In this document: piece by piece, positions 48,290 through 60,664 of the stretch
How the letters are laid out: each line of letters starts with the position of its first letter
Position numbering within the stretch: position 1 is the stretch's first letter
NCBI RefSeq assembly: GCF_006345805.1
Contig: NW_021832430.1
Coordinates: 186,001-250,000, forward strand
DNA: 64,000 bases
Reading direction: 5' to 3'
Origin: Octopus sinensis
Lineage: Eukaryota
The notes under the pieces: generated by a model
Seen by the model: only the letters and a program-made list of their open reading frames with translations
What the model was told of the DNA's origin: nothing
The model's database searches: none
Made by a program: the position numbers and the translations under genes

Positions 48290-49344
48290 CTTATCACAGA
48301 TGTTTCACAGAGATCTGTCTTCATTTCAGCTTGTATTTAATTGTGTGATGTGCGACATCCTCCAAGTGGATCATTTTAACGTGGAGATGATCATTTATGC
48401 GGATAATATTTTAATTTTTGATTTTTCTATAAGCAAATCAATATCATGGAAAAGAACTCATTGTCATATTGAAAAAATTAACAAATGATGTCAGGATGAA
48501 GACTTATTTTTTGAAAAAAGGACTATTTGTTGGATTGTCCTATTGGTAAAATTTCTCCACTTCAACATGATTAAAGCGATCTTGTGAGGTAATGTCCAAT
48601 TCGATTAAATTTATATTTTTTCTTTTTGTTATACAAAAAATGTCAGGTTTATTGAATTGGACTTTCGTTTCAGTCATGATTGACGTGTCAAATCTCATTT
48701 CGACATTCTGGGTCGACATTATTGACACAACCAAATGTCTTTTCAATTTTCTGTTTCATTAAATTCCATATATTCGACATAAGTGAAGATGAATACACTT
48801 AATCACTTCATTATTTCTTTGGAGATAATCACTGTTTAGCATCCAACCACACTGCGTGACTAGATGATCAAAAGTCTGCTTGGTTTTTTGCAATGGACGC
48901 ATAGTGATCAGATGTATGTAAAGAAAAAAATCTTATCTTTCAAAAGACAGTACACGACATTTAATTCCAACATCTTTTTGGGAAAACGATTTTTAATTAA
49001 ATGCGCTAAACTCTTTTTTATAACTGAATGTTAAACAAAGTAGCTCACCCTGTCATGTATGTGTGTTACCGTCCTGGTCGCCAGTGTGGGGCGCGAAATA
49101 TTCTATCGACACGTTAAATGATTGTCAAGATCATATTTCTAAAAATAATTTCACAACTGGCATTTTTGGGGAATATATCAAACAAATAAAAAGAATCACA
49201 GTGATCTCGGAGTTTCTGAGAATTATTTTTTAGTTAATTGGCTAAAAATAAAATTTCGATGAATTTTTTTGACCATTTAGATCTTAAATCTCTGCGATCT
49301 TTGTTTAGTTTAAAATCAGTTCATCCTGCAAGGCTGAATGTTGT
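48290..49344 (+). repeat. ~1.05-kb near-identical duplicate of 62945-64000, containing RT (+) and RLE (-) scraps
   Basis: Identical ORFs at 48300/62955 and 48540/63195 apart from single substitutions. Motifs IYADNIL and FNKPDI..LIELDIT..VEVEK. Confidence 0.92.
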
Positions 49345-51142
49345 TCATGAAATTCGGGTGTTTCTTTTGTCAAAGGATTCAGAAATCGATAGATTAGTGG
49401 TTGATAAACAACAACATCCTTCTCATTAATTAAATAATTTTTTTCCTTAATTTTTTAAAAATCGATAAGGGGTACGCGAAAAATTAATAAGATGGCAGGG
49501 CAAGAAAGTTTGAGAACCACTGATTTAGGAAAACTGGGAGTGTCAGTCAGCTTACCAGAAAAGTCAGTTCCCTTAATGCAATACAGCAATCTCAAATAAT
49601 ATTCTCAAATAAATTTATCTTAGGAAAAACAAATTAGTAAGTCAATCATTTTTTGTAAGAAACGATCGGGAATCATGTTTAAGAACATTTGAACGCATTT
49701 CGTTTTCGAGGGACTTTCTAATATTGGACTCATGTTTCTGAGCATAATAATAAATAAAGGACCTTCTTGATACGTTTGACCATTTTCGTCTGAATAATCT
49801 TCCCACTTTGCTTCCCTTTTCCTACAACAATTATCGATATGAGAGAACCTCGATCTTTCTTGGCAGAATTTTTCTTTTCTTTCTTATTAACCAATTTTTT
49901 CATAACAATGTCGAGTTTCTTTATAGGCTTTTGAGGCATGCACAGATAAATACAACAAGACGTTTTTATAAATATATTTCATTTTCAATTAAATTTACAT
50001 ATTATTAGTATAATTTATTTTATAATAAGAAAAAGATCAGAATTGATGCAATTCATTAAAAAATTGAAAAAATTCTTCCGAATTCAAATAGCTCTATTCA
50101 ATATAAAAACATCTGACGAGATCAGGGGTGAAAAATAAGTACAGTAAAATTCGAGAGACAATTTAAATTTTAAATAATCCTTTCTAATTGAAAGTTAAAA
50201 TCTTTAAATTGAATCTGAAAAGCACTGATGTTTTATCATTAAAACTCTGGAATACTTCTACGAGTATGAGCAGTTAAAAAAGGAAAGATAAGTTAAACTA
50301 CATCGAGAACGTTTTCTTAAAAAGCGAACATCCTGTCCGCAGCGTAAAAGATGTATCAAATTAAACAGCAGATATCCAATTATTCTTGAGACTATCTTTT
50401 TATTCTGAAAAAATTATCAACTCCTATATTTGTCATAAACGTTATATGCCTCTAGTTATGTATGGTACGAAATAAGGTTGGATTATAATTAGCTAGAATT
50501 ACAGTCAAAAATAAGGCTTAGGGTAGTTATTTGAGTCGGAATTTTTGAAGTTGATATCCATTTAAAAGACAATTTTAATTAATTGTCTCTTGGAGCGTTA
50601 TCTGCCTGGCAACTTTTGTCTGATAATGTCGCGAGTCGACAGTTGTTAAAAAAGGATTTCCTACCTTTCCTCAACCAGCACTTTTTAGGTGCCTCTTGTT
50701 TGCCGCACACCAAAACAGTGACGCCTGGTTGAAGATATTTCCAACTGCATCCACAGGAACTCCTTTCAAAGACGATTCTCTCGGACTGAACCAATGCTCA
50801 ACACACCGATCCCATTGGGGAAGCATAATAAACGAGAAGTGACTGCACTCTCTCTCATGTCGACATAGCGTTCGCTGCTTTCCCCAACACGTAGCTCTGA
50901 ATGATGTCGTGTCTGTAGTGTCTAGAACGCGGTGTTTGTTTTGAACCACCTATTCTCGATCGATGTGACAAACAAGAGACCAGAGTCCCGAATCCTCTGA
51001 GGACGAAAAAAATAAAACGGGACGTACGAAAATCAGGCAATTAAAGCTTTTTCTGAAAATTGACAATATAGGAAATAATAAGTTTAATTTCTTGAATAAA
51101 GAAATATTATTTTTTACTGTTTAATTCAGAGTTTACAGTTTT

Positions 51143-51172
51143 GCTAAATTTAGCAAAAATAAACGCCAATAT
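51143..51172 (+). promoter_or_regulatory. Candidate promoter module of IgSF gene D: palindrome GCTAAATTTAGC + AATAAACGCCAATAT
   Basis: Same layout and nearly the same distance to the ATG as 840-869. Confidence 0.5.
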
Positions 51173-51200
51173 TTAACTTACAAAACCGTTGTAAATAAAT

Positions 51201-53093
51201 ATGCTGCTTTATGTTTTTATGTTGATGACTAAAACATATTCTTTTTGTTTTCCTCCGACAATGGAAATGTCAGAAACTAATATTATTCTTAATAAGACAC
51301 ACCACACTATACACTGTCCGATAAAAGCAATTCCAGCCGACAATTATGAGTATGATTATTATTACAGATTCAGATGGGCTAACGATGGAATTCCAATTTA
51401 CATCAAATATTATATTGATGACTATAAAGCTGGCAGAGATCTTGCATTAAAAAAGAATTCCATTCATGAAGGATTATATGAATGCACTGTGAAAAATCAA
51501 TGTGGAAAAGAAACATCACTTCCTATTAAAGTAGATTCTCCAAAGAAAGATACTGGTATATTTGAAATCATTAACTATTTAAGTCTTTAATTTTTACCAT
51601 CAGCCTTATGAAATACTCAAGACTAAAGGTGTCAGTGGGAAATGTTCATGGTTCAGAAGAACTTGGGATGTGCACGAAATGTCCGCAATTGAGACACTGT
51701 CAATATCTAGAAGGCTATTCGTGGTGGACAACGATTTGTACATAAAATACTTTTTCAAAGATGATTCATTTTCTGAATACACGTGTAAACTTGAACATGG
51801 AAAAATATCATTTTATTTCAATTATAAGATTGAAGGTTTTTGCTAGATTTTAAATAAAAAAAAGAAACACAATTCGATATAGTGCACTTTTTTCCAAGAG
51901 GACAAAAAATACAACTTGAGTTTGGAATTGTCCATCAAATCACTCCTTGTATATTTTTTGGAAGGTTTTCTTGGAAATGCATATTTTAGGGGATATGATA
52001 AAATAGTGTATCATCAAGGAAATCATAAAATAGGAGCCAATACTATAATCATTAAATCACATAGAATAGATGAAATAAAAACAATTTCTTGCACTCCTGT
52101 CTTTAAAAGCACCGTCTTGTCTGAGCATAGTCATGATTTCACACTGTCCTTTTATGGTCTGTGACTGTTTAAAATATTTATAGAATTGCCGTCAATTTCT
52201 GATTCATTCCAATCAATCAATGCCACCATTGGATCAACAGCAATTTTTGAATGTTTTCCAAAAACAGGTTATCCACAACCTACAATAAAGTGGTATTTGG
52301 ACTCTGTGGAATATCGTATTTTAAGTAAAAATTACTTTTAGAAACGAAAAATTATTCTTTTGATTCGCGTTTGAATCATGACAACACACAATTAATTTTT
52401 CGCAAAGTAGCCCAATCGATGAGTGTTCGATGCCTTATTAAAAATAATTTCGGAATAGTTGCCAAAACTGTTTACCTTAAAGTAACGGAAAAACCCCAAA
52501 TATACATGTCCCACTCAGGTCGCAATAAAATTACTCAATTTAATCGACCCGTCTTTTCATGCAAAGGAACGGTCGACCCAATCTTTAAATTACAAATAAA
52601 TTGGTTATATGACGGAGAACGGATAGAAAGTGATAAACAAAATTCCGACTTTTTGATAATGAATAATGAAATCGAAAGCGAATTTTTATTTACACTTTCA
52701 TCTGACCAACTTAAAAAAATTAATAAAAAAACAGTAACTTTAACTTGCATTGTGTCCGACGGAATATCAAGGGTAAATCAAACAATAAATGTTTCATTTA
52801 ATTATAGTGAGTTTTTATAATGATATGTTCCTAGTTGAACATGGACTGAAAATGCATGTCGTGTGGATTCTTTTTGGGATATTCTTGATGAATGGGATTA
52901 TATTATCTGCTATATTTATTTATATTCGAAGAAGTCACAAATGTTTATTTCAAAATACTCCGTATGGTTTTCTTATCAATTCTTTAGATTGAAAAATCTT
53001 CAAAAGCAAAACTTCTGGGTTGAAGATTTGGAATGTTTTTCAACTTTTCAAACCTCTGTAGGAATGGAATCGAAAATAGTCGAAAAAACGTAG
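51201..53093 (+). CDS. IgSF type-I membrane protein, paralog D (559 aa)
   Basis: Introns 51350-51373, 51556-51583, 51836-51864, 51965-51989, 52157-52183, 52316-52341, 52807-52834 and 52962-52987 (24-29 nt) give a 1680-nt frame with signal peptide, Ig domains, TM and an NFWVEDLECF tail. Confidence 0.87.
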
Positions 53094-53199
53094 GAATGAT
53101 TATACATTTGTAATATGTTTAAATGCTATTTTAATAAAAAGCCTTTACCAATTAAGTAATTAATTCCCTAAGTCTAGGGTCTTTGAAATGAAAAAATGA

Positions 53200-55130
53200 C
53201 GCTCCACGCACCTCCTCCTCTTCTTCCTCCTCTTCTCTGGCACTGTAGACCCCCGAGAAGGTGCAGTCCAGCGCCTCTCGCTAACTAAATGTCGGAAAAG
53301 AACTGGATCGGGAAGTATCAAACAAAATACTCTCCATGATCCTCTTAAGAACAGTAGACTGCATATACTGTCTTAAGTACCCCTTGTGGTATTTAGTGAC
53401 CTGTCCATTTAATGTAATTACAAACAGAATGACACGGACTTTACACTGGTGCATCAGCTCTAGCTCGTTTGCAAAGAGGTCACAATTCCTCCTTTTCTCC
53501 ACTTCCACTGTTTGCAAACGATCTAGGCACGTATGCCCACCCCCACGATAACGATCTCCATAGTAACCTTATTCACAATATTGGGTTTGTTGTGCTAGAC
53601 AACAAACGAGGTGCATATGGGAGTATCCACTTTAATGCAAACCTTCGAGTTCTCACACACAGATCGAAATCGATGACTTCTCAACTTGTTGGAGAGCCTC
53701 AAGCCATACTTATTGTAGGCGCAGAAGATAGAGAGACCTCACCACCTCCTTATACCTCCATATGTAATCATGGTACAGCATACTCACGCAATTCGTAAAT
53801 AAATGGTAAACTTTTACAGTGGCTACACTGTTTCCGTTTATTATTAAAAATAATTTCTGTCCTGAAAATATGAGAATAACTCTTCTGATTGGAAAGAATT
53901 ATTCCCATACTTCAGCCACGTCGATGACCACGATACATCAATGTGCGGGTTATCCAAACTGCTAAAAAGAGTCTTGTGAAAGACTTTTAAGTTGATTTTT
54001 AATCGCGATTCTCTCTAAGTTTGATCAAATCCTTCACGTTAACTTGGATAGCACCCAGACCATATTTAGCCTACACATACCCTTTTATGGCCCCAAGGTG
54101 TATACCATGGACTTTTCAACAGCAAGGAACGCAACCTTTTTTTGGAATACACCCGACCCACTCCACAGGTGTTGTGCATCTTAGTAAGAATTCGCTCACT
54201 TAAGTGTACGATGTTACTCAGTCCACGTCCTAGCATCCTGTGATACAAGTATCTCTCCTTATTGCTTGCCAACACGTGGACATAATTCTCTTGGAGAACT
54301 CTTTAAACAAAAAGGTCCATTTCATTGTACTCACTCTGCTCGAATTCGATCAGGCCAACGTAGTAGTTTAGCAATGAGATCATGTACTCCTTCATGAAAT
54401 AAGCTCCGTGCATTGAGGCGAGTTTTTCATAACATTGCTGCCGTACTACGCACACCCTCAACTACACACTTTCTCGATTCAGATATGATTAATGAGTCTG
54501 GACACTCAAACACACCAGGATACTTATATTTTTGGTGCTTCTCTAAGACTTTGACTAGGTCACCACACACAGGGGTGTTAGTCGCCGACAGCTCCAGATC
54601 CACCGCCTTCACTGGTTATAGGACGGTAATCTGTCGGAGCGGAAGGATTATCTACTTTAAGAATCAAATAAGTGACTCCAGTACATAACCTCTCTGGAAT
54701 CGAGCTAGGGTCAAGTCTAAACTGTTCGATTGCTTGACACATGCAATCATGGATTAGTTTGCAATTTTTTATAAAGAAATTATACACCTTATCGACCCCA
54801 GATGTCTTCCCGTCAGAGAGACGGGTTACATCGAACTTCTTGCGGATGTCAGAGACACCTCAAGACTTGGTCACGAAGAGAGCCTTGGATCCAGAAAACG
54901 GAAAAGAGACAACTTTGCGAGAACGTGCTTTCGACATACTCCTGCATGTGTCAAGCATTTCAGCCTTTTCCCGGGTACCCTCCTTCGTTTCTTCATGCTG
55001 CTCAAACAGGATTTTTTTTCGCCTACGCTGGCACCAAAAATCACAAGTTGAAAGCTTCTGATTAACAAGAATCAGCTTCTTCCTTTCTGTTCGGACACGC
55101 CTCAACTCGTTAAGGTCCCATTTGTCACAT
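53200..55130 (-). mobile_element. Degraded RLE-type non-LTR retrotransposon (R4/NeSL-like)
   Basis: MYNFFIK..GVTYLILK..DYRPIT, KYKYPGV, and RLE tail VEVEKRR..DLFANELELMHQC..TKYHKGY..IMESILFD. Same clade as 24500-26280. Confidence 0.82.
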
Positions 55131-55229
55131 TATGAATGTGCCCAGCTCAGCCTTTCTTGCCTATCTTTGGGGAAATGTTTTTCTTTTACCTACTCTTTGA
55201 CAGTTGAGTTATATGAACTGGTTATCCGG

Positions 55230-55420
55230 TTCATTATCGAAATCCATTTATAAATGAGGTTTTCCAAACATTAATATTATTTTATTTATTGCTTCGGAGA
55301 CTTCCATAGCTGACTTAAACAATAATGGTGACGTCCAAAAAACTTCGAGAATGCATCGAATAAAATAAACTATGTCTTTCTTGGAGTCGGACAATCTGAA
55401 TAATGATGCCGTCATCCTAA
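55230..55420 (-). mobile_element. Integrase core fragment
   Basis: LEVFWTSPLLFKSAMEVSEAINKIILMFGKP..DNEP resembles the rve DxFSKxxWxxPLxxKxAxEV..FGxP motif. Confidence 0.45.
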
Positions 55421-57039
55421 AATTCGACTCATTCTGATTCTTTTTCTGTAACGTCAACAAAACAAACTTCATAACACAAAATTATGTTAGCGTGGTCGGA
55501 AAATTTCAGCCATTCAAATGAAGTCAGTTATTTTAAGTCAGCGTGTCTCTGTTTCTCTAAAGTGCAGTCTTTCAGACCTAGTTTTATGTTGTTTATCAAC
55601 TTTAGGGCAGTTTCTGGCCTTCTTATTCATTTCGATTCCGGATCATTGGCTTCAATCTCCTCATTCTCCTGAGACCTATTCTTGAGTGAACTATAGGAGT
55701 ATTTTCCTTTATTCACTATCACCATTCTTAAACATTTAACTGGTTTTAAAGACCATCAAAGTCTTAACATATCCAAATTAGAATAGACCGACTTGGAACT
55801 GTATTATAAATTAGTTTGGCCTCTCATATTTAGCAAATTATGTCCATGTGTTAATTCAATTTAAAAAGGTGTTGAATAACTAATTCATTGAGATTTCCTG
55901 GAGTTTATTAATTTCACTGGTATGTTGAAAACAAATTCTTAGACTTATATTGTTTTGACCAATTTGAAAATTTTTTTACCTGCGAGGACGGGTGCCACAC
56001 TTCTCATAAACCATTTGATATCCCGACATATTAAACACTGTTTAAGAAAGCCTTGTCGTGGTAACGGAAATGAATAAAATTTTTTATAACAAATCAGATA
56101 TTTAATCAATATAGGCCTGCACTTCACTCTTTTTAACCCCCTAAACTCCAAAATACCTAACTTAACCTTCATTTTGAGGATTATCTTTAACTTAGCATCG
56201 GAGGGGTCATTAATGTGCTGACAATACAAGTTTACAAATTCAGGGGGATCAATTTCTCCTGCGCCAATGGTGATTTTAGGAATGAGTTCAGAAAAACTCA
56301 TTTGCCTGGTCACATAATTCATATAACTGACTATAACAAACCAACCACGTAATGGAAGAAGAACGCATCCGTAAAGCCTCCACAACTGGTATTTGAAGGA
56401 ACGACACTTTTATGTTGTATGTATCCAACAAAAACTACTAAATATGTAGAATAGCTATCCATTTTTCAGCAAAAGAGTCCACTTCTTTCAATATGAATAA
56501 GGTTTAAGTGAATTTCTTTCAACCGTCCTTGAAGCGACCAAATATAACCTACGTGACAAATTGTGGCAAAAATAAACTAGAACAAACATGAGAAATCCAA
56601 CTAGAAATTATTTGTCCAATTTGTGGAATGCATTCAATGGAGTGAGGATCTATAGTCTTGAGGGGACCACGACACAAAAAAGTAAAATCGTCCATGAAAA
56701 GTTTTTGTAATATTTTTATTTGAACTTCTTTATATCTATTTCGTAATAGTTGCTAAGTGTGTCTGCATGTCACAAAATTCAAGGTTGAAGAGTCGTGTAA
56801 CCTCTACAAGCCATATCCGGTCGGGATTCACTTTAGAGGTCAGCCTGGGGTTATCAAGATGAATTGACAAATTTTGTTTTTTCCTGAAATAAGTGGTTTT
56901 TAAGGAATATAGACATGTGTAGTTTGTCTCTTCAGAGTTTTCTTTATTTTTGGGAAAAACTGGAAATCAGAAGCCGGGAATCTTGTCTAGGATATATGAA
57001 GTGGTGGATCAAGTCCCTTTGAATATTGCGAGGTAATTC

Positions 57040-57400
57040 GCTTACTATCCGTCGTGCGACTGGAAAAAGCAACTTTTCATTTGGGGTCAAGTCTTGTCAA
57101 CGTTCCCCACCCGTGAGGCGATGAGTACTTCTGAACGACACAGTTGTAGAAAGGAGTTTTCCTACCTTCCCTGATTACATTACCAATGGGAAATCTCCAT
57201 TATGCAAAAGCCTTCCAGAGAAAAATGAAGTTCGGTCCGTGACGGTTAAAGGCTATTAAATTTGACCTGGGCATACCAAAATTTCTCGACCTCTCTTTGG
57301 ATAGGGAAGTCAGTAATGAAGAATTTGGAGGTGTATGTTGATCGGCACAAATAATTTCTTCCTTCGGTCTTCGTTCGATTAGTTAATTGTGACTATCGGT
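57040..57400 (+). repeat. Degenerate second copy of the SINE-like element at 20603
   Basis: Shares ggggtcaa.tcttgtcaacgttccccacccgtgaggcga through gattagtta.ttgtgac with 20668-20990. Confidence 0.75.
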
Positions 57401-57439
57401 GGCTAATAAATAATTTTCAAAGAAAGAGTAAAGCAAAAT

Positions 57440-58800
57440 AAAATCCATGCTCAAAGGACAAGAACTAAATATATCAGCTTTTCGGAAGTATAAACTAAAA
57501 AAAAGGCTGAAAAATTTGTTTAAATAGACGGAAAGCTATATCTTTAAGATTTTTTATCTAATCAGAAACTTGTTATTACTGCTACCGACGCACATGAGAT
57601 GCAGACAATTGCAGAAGAGATCCACGACGCTAATAATTGTGGACACAATGCATTGGAAAAATTCTGTAGAAAACAATTTTTTTGTTAAAAGAGATGGCAT
57701 TCGTCAGGTGGTAAGAGACTGCGGTATATGCCAATCTGCAGTCCCACTAAAACAATTATGACGACGTAAGTTATATTTTTGCGGATGTACCAAATGAGAG
57801 ATTTCAGATTGATCTGTCGAACTTGAAAATATAAAATTGTGTTATATTATGTCGCGAGCGCAGCGAGCACGCGAGCGCAGCGAGCAACCACTCAATTTCT
57901 AGATCCGATCAATCAAAAAATCTATAAATTGACAAATACCCAGGCTTGTATTTGGGATTAAATATATTCGATAACAAAAATTAAAATCGATGCCAAAGCA
58001 GAATGAGCTTTAAAACCGATTTCATAAATAAAAATAATATTTTAAAATTTATAATTGATTTTTTAGAATAATGAGAAAAAATCTAAATGCTTCATAATTT
58101 ATAAAAATGTCAAAACAAGAATCTTCTGAAGGAGCAAGCCTGTCTGCACAGTTCATTTTTGATTAGAAGACCTAATTTTAGAGATTAAAACGAAAAAATA
58201 GCAATGAGATTTGTCAAATTATTACCCCCCTCACAACCTAAACAAAATTAGCGTTCAGTATTCATTGATTTTACTTTTTCTATTAAGGTCTACTTATAAA
58301 TTATTTTATGGGATTCAATGGAAAACTTAAGTTATTTCAATTTTAATTTTAAATCATGTTAAAATTTTAAATAATTTAATAAATATATTTGTTGATGACA
58401 GGCTTGTTAGCTGTCAAATGTGCGCGTCGCGCTCGCGTGCTCGCTGCGCTCGCGACATATTAAAAGTTTGTAAATGACAATGATCAATATTCTTGGTTTT
58501 TCACTGTTATTGACGTTTATTTGAGATCTGCCATCACAATGAATTCTAGAAATACAAGTGGAATTGAAATCGCTGGAAAATTAAACTACATTTTCGTGGA
58601 TCATGGCCCTTACAGATATTTACAGTCTGTTAACGAAACAGAATTCAAAAATCTTCACATTTCAAATTTATGTGGAGAATTCTAAATTACTCAAATTCAT
58701 GGAAGGCTGAACAATCCTCAGAGTCGAAGGATATTTAAACAATTTAACCAGACAATCACAAGGAGTTTATCCATATTGATGGCTTCGGATGATCAAAAAA
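57440..58800 (+). mobile_element. Degraded Ginger-like integrase interrupted by a MITE
   Basis: VVRDCGICQSAVPLKQ, FADVPNERFQID, YSWFFTVIDVY, HGPYRYLQS, HGRLNNPQSRR. Family member of 128-600. Confidence 0.8.
57850..58457. mobile_element. 608-bp MITE with perfect 29-bp GC-rich TIRs and 5-bp TSD
   Basis: TIR TGTCGCGAGCGCAGCGAGCACGCGAGCGC. TSD TATTA at 57845-57849 and 58458-58462. Removing it restores colinearity with the 128-600 copy. Confidence 0.9.
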
Positions 58801-59219
58801 GTAAATAAAAACATTTAAAAGGCTGTGTTTTGTATATCCGTATGGGGATCCAGTAACTATTGTCGAAAAATTGTCTAAAAATTTTTTCAGAGTCGAAGAT
58901 AGTGCTTGGTCACAATAAAGCCTTATTATAAATTAACGTCTTTAGTTACTAATAACTAACTAATCTGTATAATTCTTCTCCTTTTTGGACCGTTGCACTG
59001 GATCTGCGTATTCTTCTCCTCTAACACTTCATATGACACATGAGACACATCTTCCGGCAAATCTGGTGGATCTGTTGTTTCTCTAGCCATTTTAGGAGGT
59101 GGTTGGTGGCTCTCGAAACTTGTTCCTCATGTTTTTCAATTTCCACTCCATGTTTATGTTCAACAAGCATGGCCTCCAATGTCTTTTTAATCGTCAGCGA
59201 TTGTATATACGATCTAGTG

Positions 59220-60351
59220 CAGTGGTTCTCAACCTGGGGTCCGCGAAAGATTCCAGGGGGACCGCGAGATTTTTCTGAAACTTTATTTAAATGTTTATAT
59301 TTAATGATAACAATTTTAAATTAATATATAATAGAATTAAATCATAATTAATAATATCTCTTTTAGATATATTATAAATAAATATATTTTATATTCAATA
59401 ATACTGAGGGGGCTAAATAGCTGAATGTAGCTCAATTATTTATAAAAATCGTATATATATTTATTTTTTAGTAAAAGTTAATAAAATTTTTAAGCACGTT
59501 ATTGATATGAATTCCTCGAATGTTGTTGAGATACGCAAATATAATCCTGATTATATAAAATATGGGTTTATTTGTATTGATGAAGATGGATTTGAAAGCC
59601 CAAAATGTGTTGTGTGCATGAAAATTCTGTCACACAATAGCATGAAACCAACAACTCTTGTGAGACACTTGCGCACTGTCATCCCCATCTAATCTACAAA
59701 AATAAGGATTATTTTATTTCTTTGCGTAAAATGATGAAAAATCGGCTGACGGACAACTCGCCTACAGACGAGTTGTCCTTGAACTCGACAATAACAAGGA
59801 CGGACAACTCGCCTAGGAAGAAATGTATATTGGGGTATTAAAATTTGTATTTCAATAATTTTAACGATTTTTTAGAAGTAACTAATAATAAAAGAATTTT
59901 AGAATAACATGAATTTTTAAAATCAATCTATGTTAGACTTGCCGTCTTAAGTAGACATCATTTTATAATTTGCCCCCAGCGGGGTAGGGGATAAAAAAAC
60001 TTTTAATTGATAATGTCAAGACCAATAAGTAGCACAAAATCTTTATTTCTAAAATTGTCAATTGATATTTTATTATAGTTCAAATCGACGTTTTTTGTAA
60101 AAATAAAAATTGAAAAAGTTCTATTTATGAAAAATTTAATTTAAAATTCTCCTTTTTGTTAGAATTTTTAATTAAATTAAATCCTAATAAATGGCTACAA
60201 TTAAAAAGATATTAGGCCAAAGAAAGAGTGAGGTGGTAATTTTGGACAACAAAATTTTTTTGACAAAAAACTTAATAAATATGTAGGGGGTCCGCGAAAT
60301 TTTTCATTTACTCACAAGGGGTCCGCGGACAAAAAAGGTTGAGAACCACTG
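59220..60351 (+). mobile_element. Non-autonomous Buster-type hAT (1132 bp)
   Basis: 16-bp TIR CAGTGGTTCTCAACCT, 8-bp TSD ATCTAGTG with central TA, and residual BED finger KYNPDYIKYGF..PKCVVC..MKP..LVRHL. Confidence 0.93.
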
Positions 60352-60664
60352 ATCTAGTGGAAGCATCCAACTTCAGTCTTTCCATATAAGACTTACTGAC
60401 TTTAGAAAAGACCTCCTAATGCCGCAAGACCTGTCCGCGAGATTCAAGGAACCCCGACAACCAGCGCCTTAGACACGGAGAAACCTCACACGTGGCGAGG
60501 GAGGTCCGGAAGCCGTCGTGCCACCACACAAAGGCCGCTGTGGTGCATCGATTGATCAATTTGGACTTCACCTTTTTTCTTGCCGAAAAAGCGCTGGTAG
60601 ATTCCCGAGGCATTCAGCTCTCAACGACGTTTGAAATTGAGTTGTACCTAATTTCATATTATTT

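Noticed and set aside
49490-49522. Isolated Buster-like right end (tttgagaaccactg)
   Set aside because: No partner TIR, TSD or coding remnant found, so the element cannot be delimited.
49730-49939. Lysine-rich 69-aa minus ORF
   Set aside because: Low-complexity product of AT-rich DNA with no recognisable domain.
50579-51040. Overlapping GC-richer minus-strand ORFs upstream of IgSF D
   Set aside because: Probably a retroelement scrap, but no diagnostic motif could be identified.
55945-56385. 146-aa minus ORF with GAGEIDPPEFVNL, reminiscent of an EF-hand
   Set aside because: The loop lacks canonical Ca-binding residues, there is no second EF-hand, and I could not build a spliced model. Left unassigned.
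57850-57890. GAGCGCAGCGAG similarity to cloning-vector origin sequence
   Set aside because: It forms perfect TIRs with a TSD around AT-rich DNA, so it is a genomic MITE rather than vector contamination.
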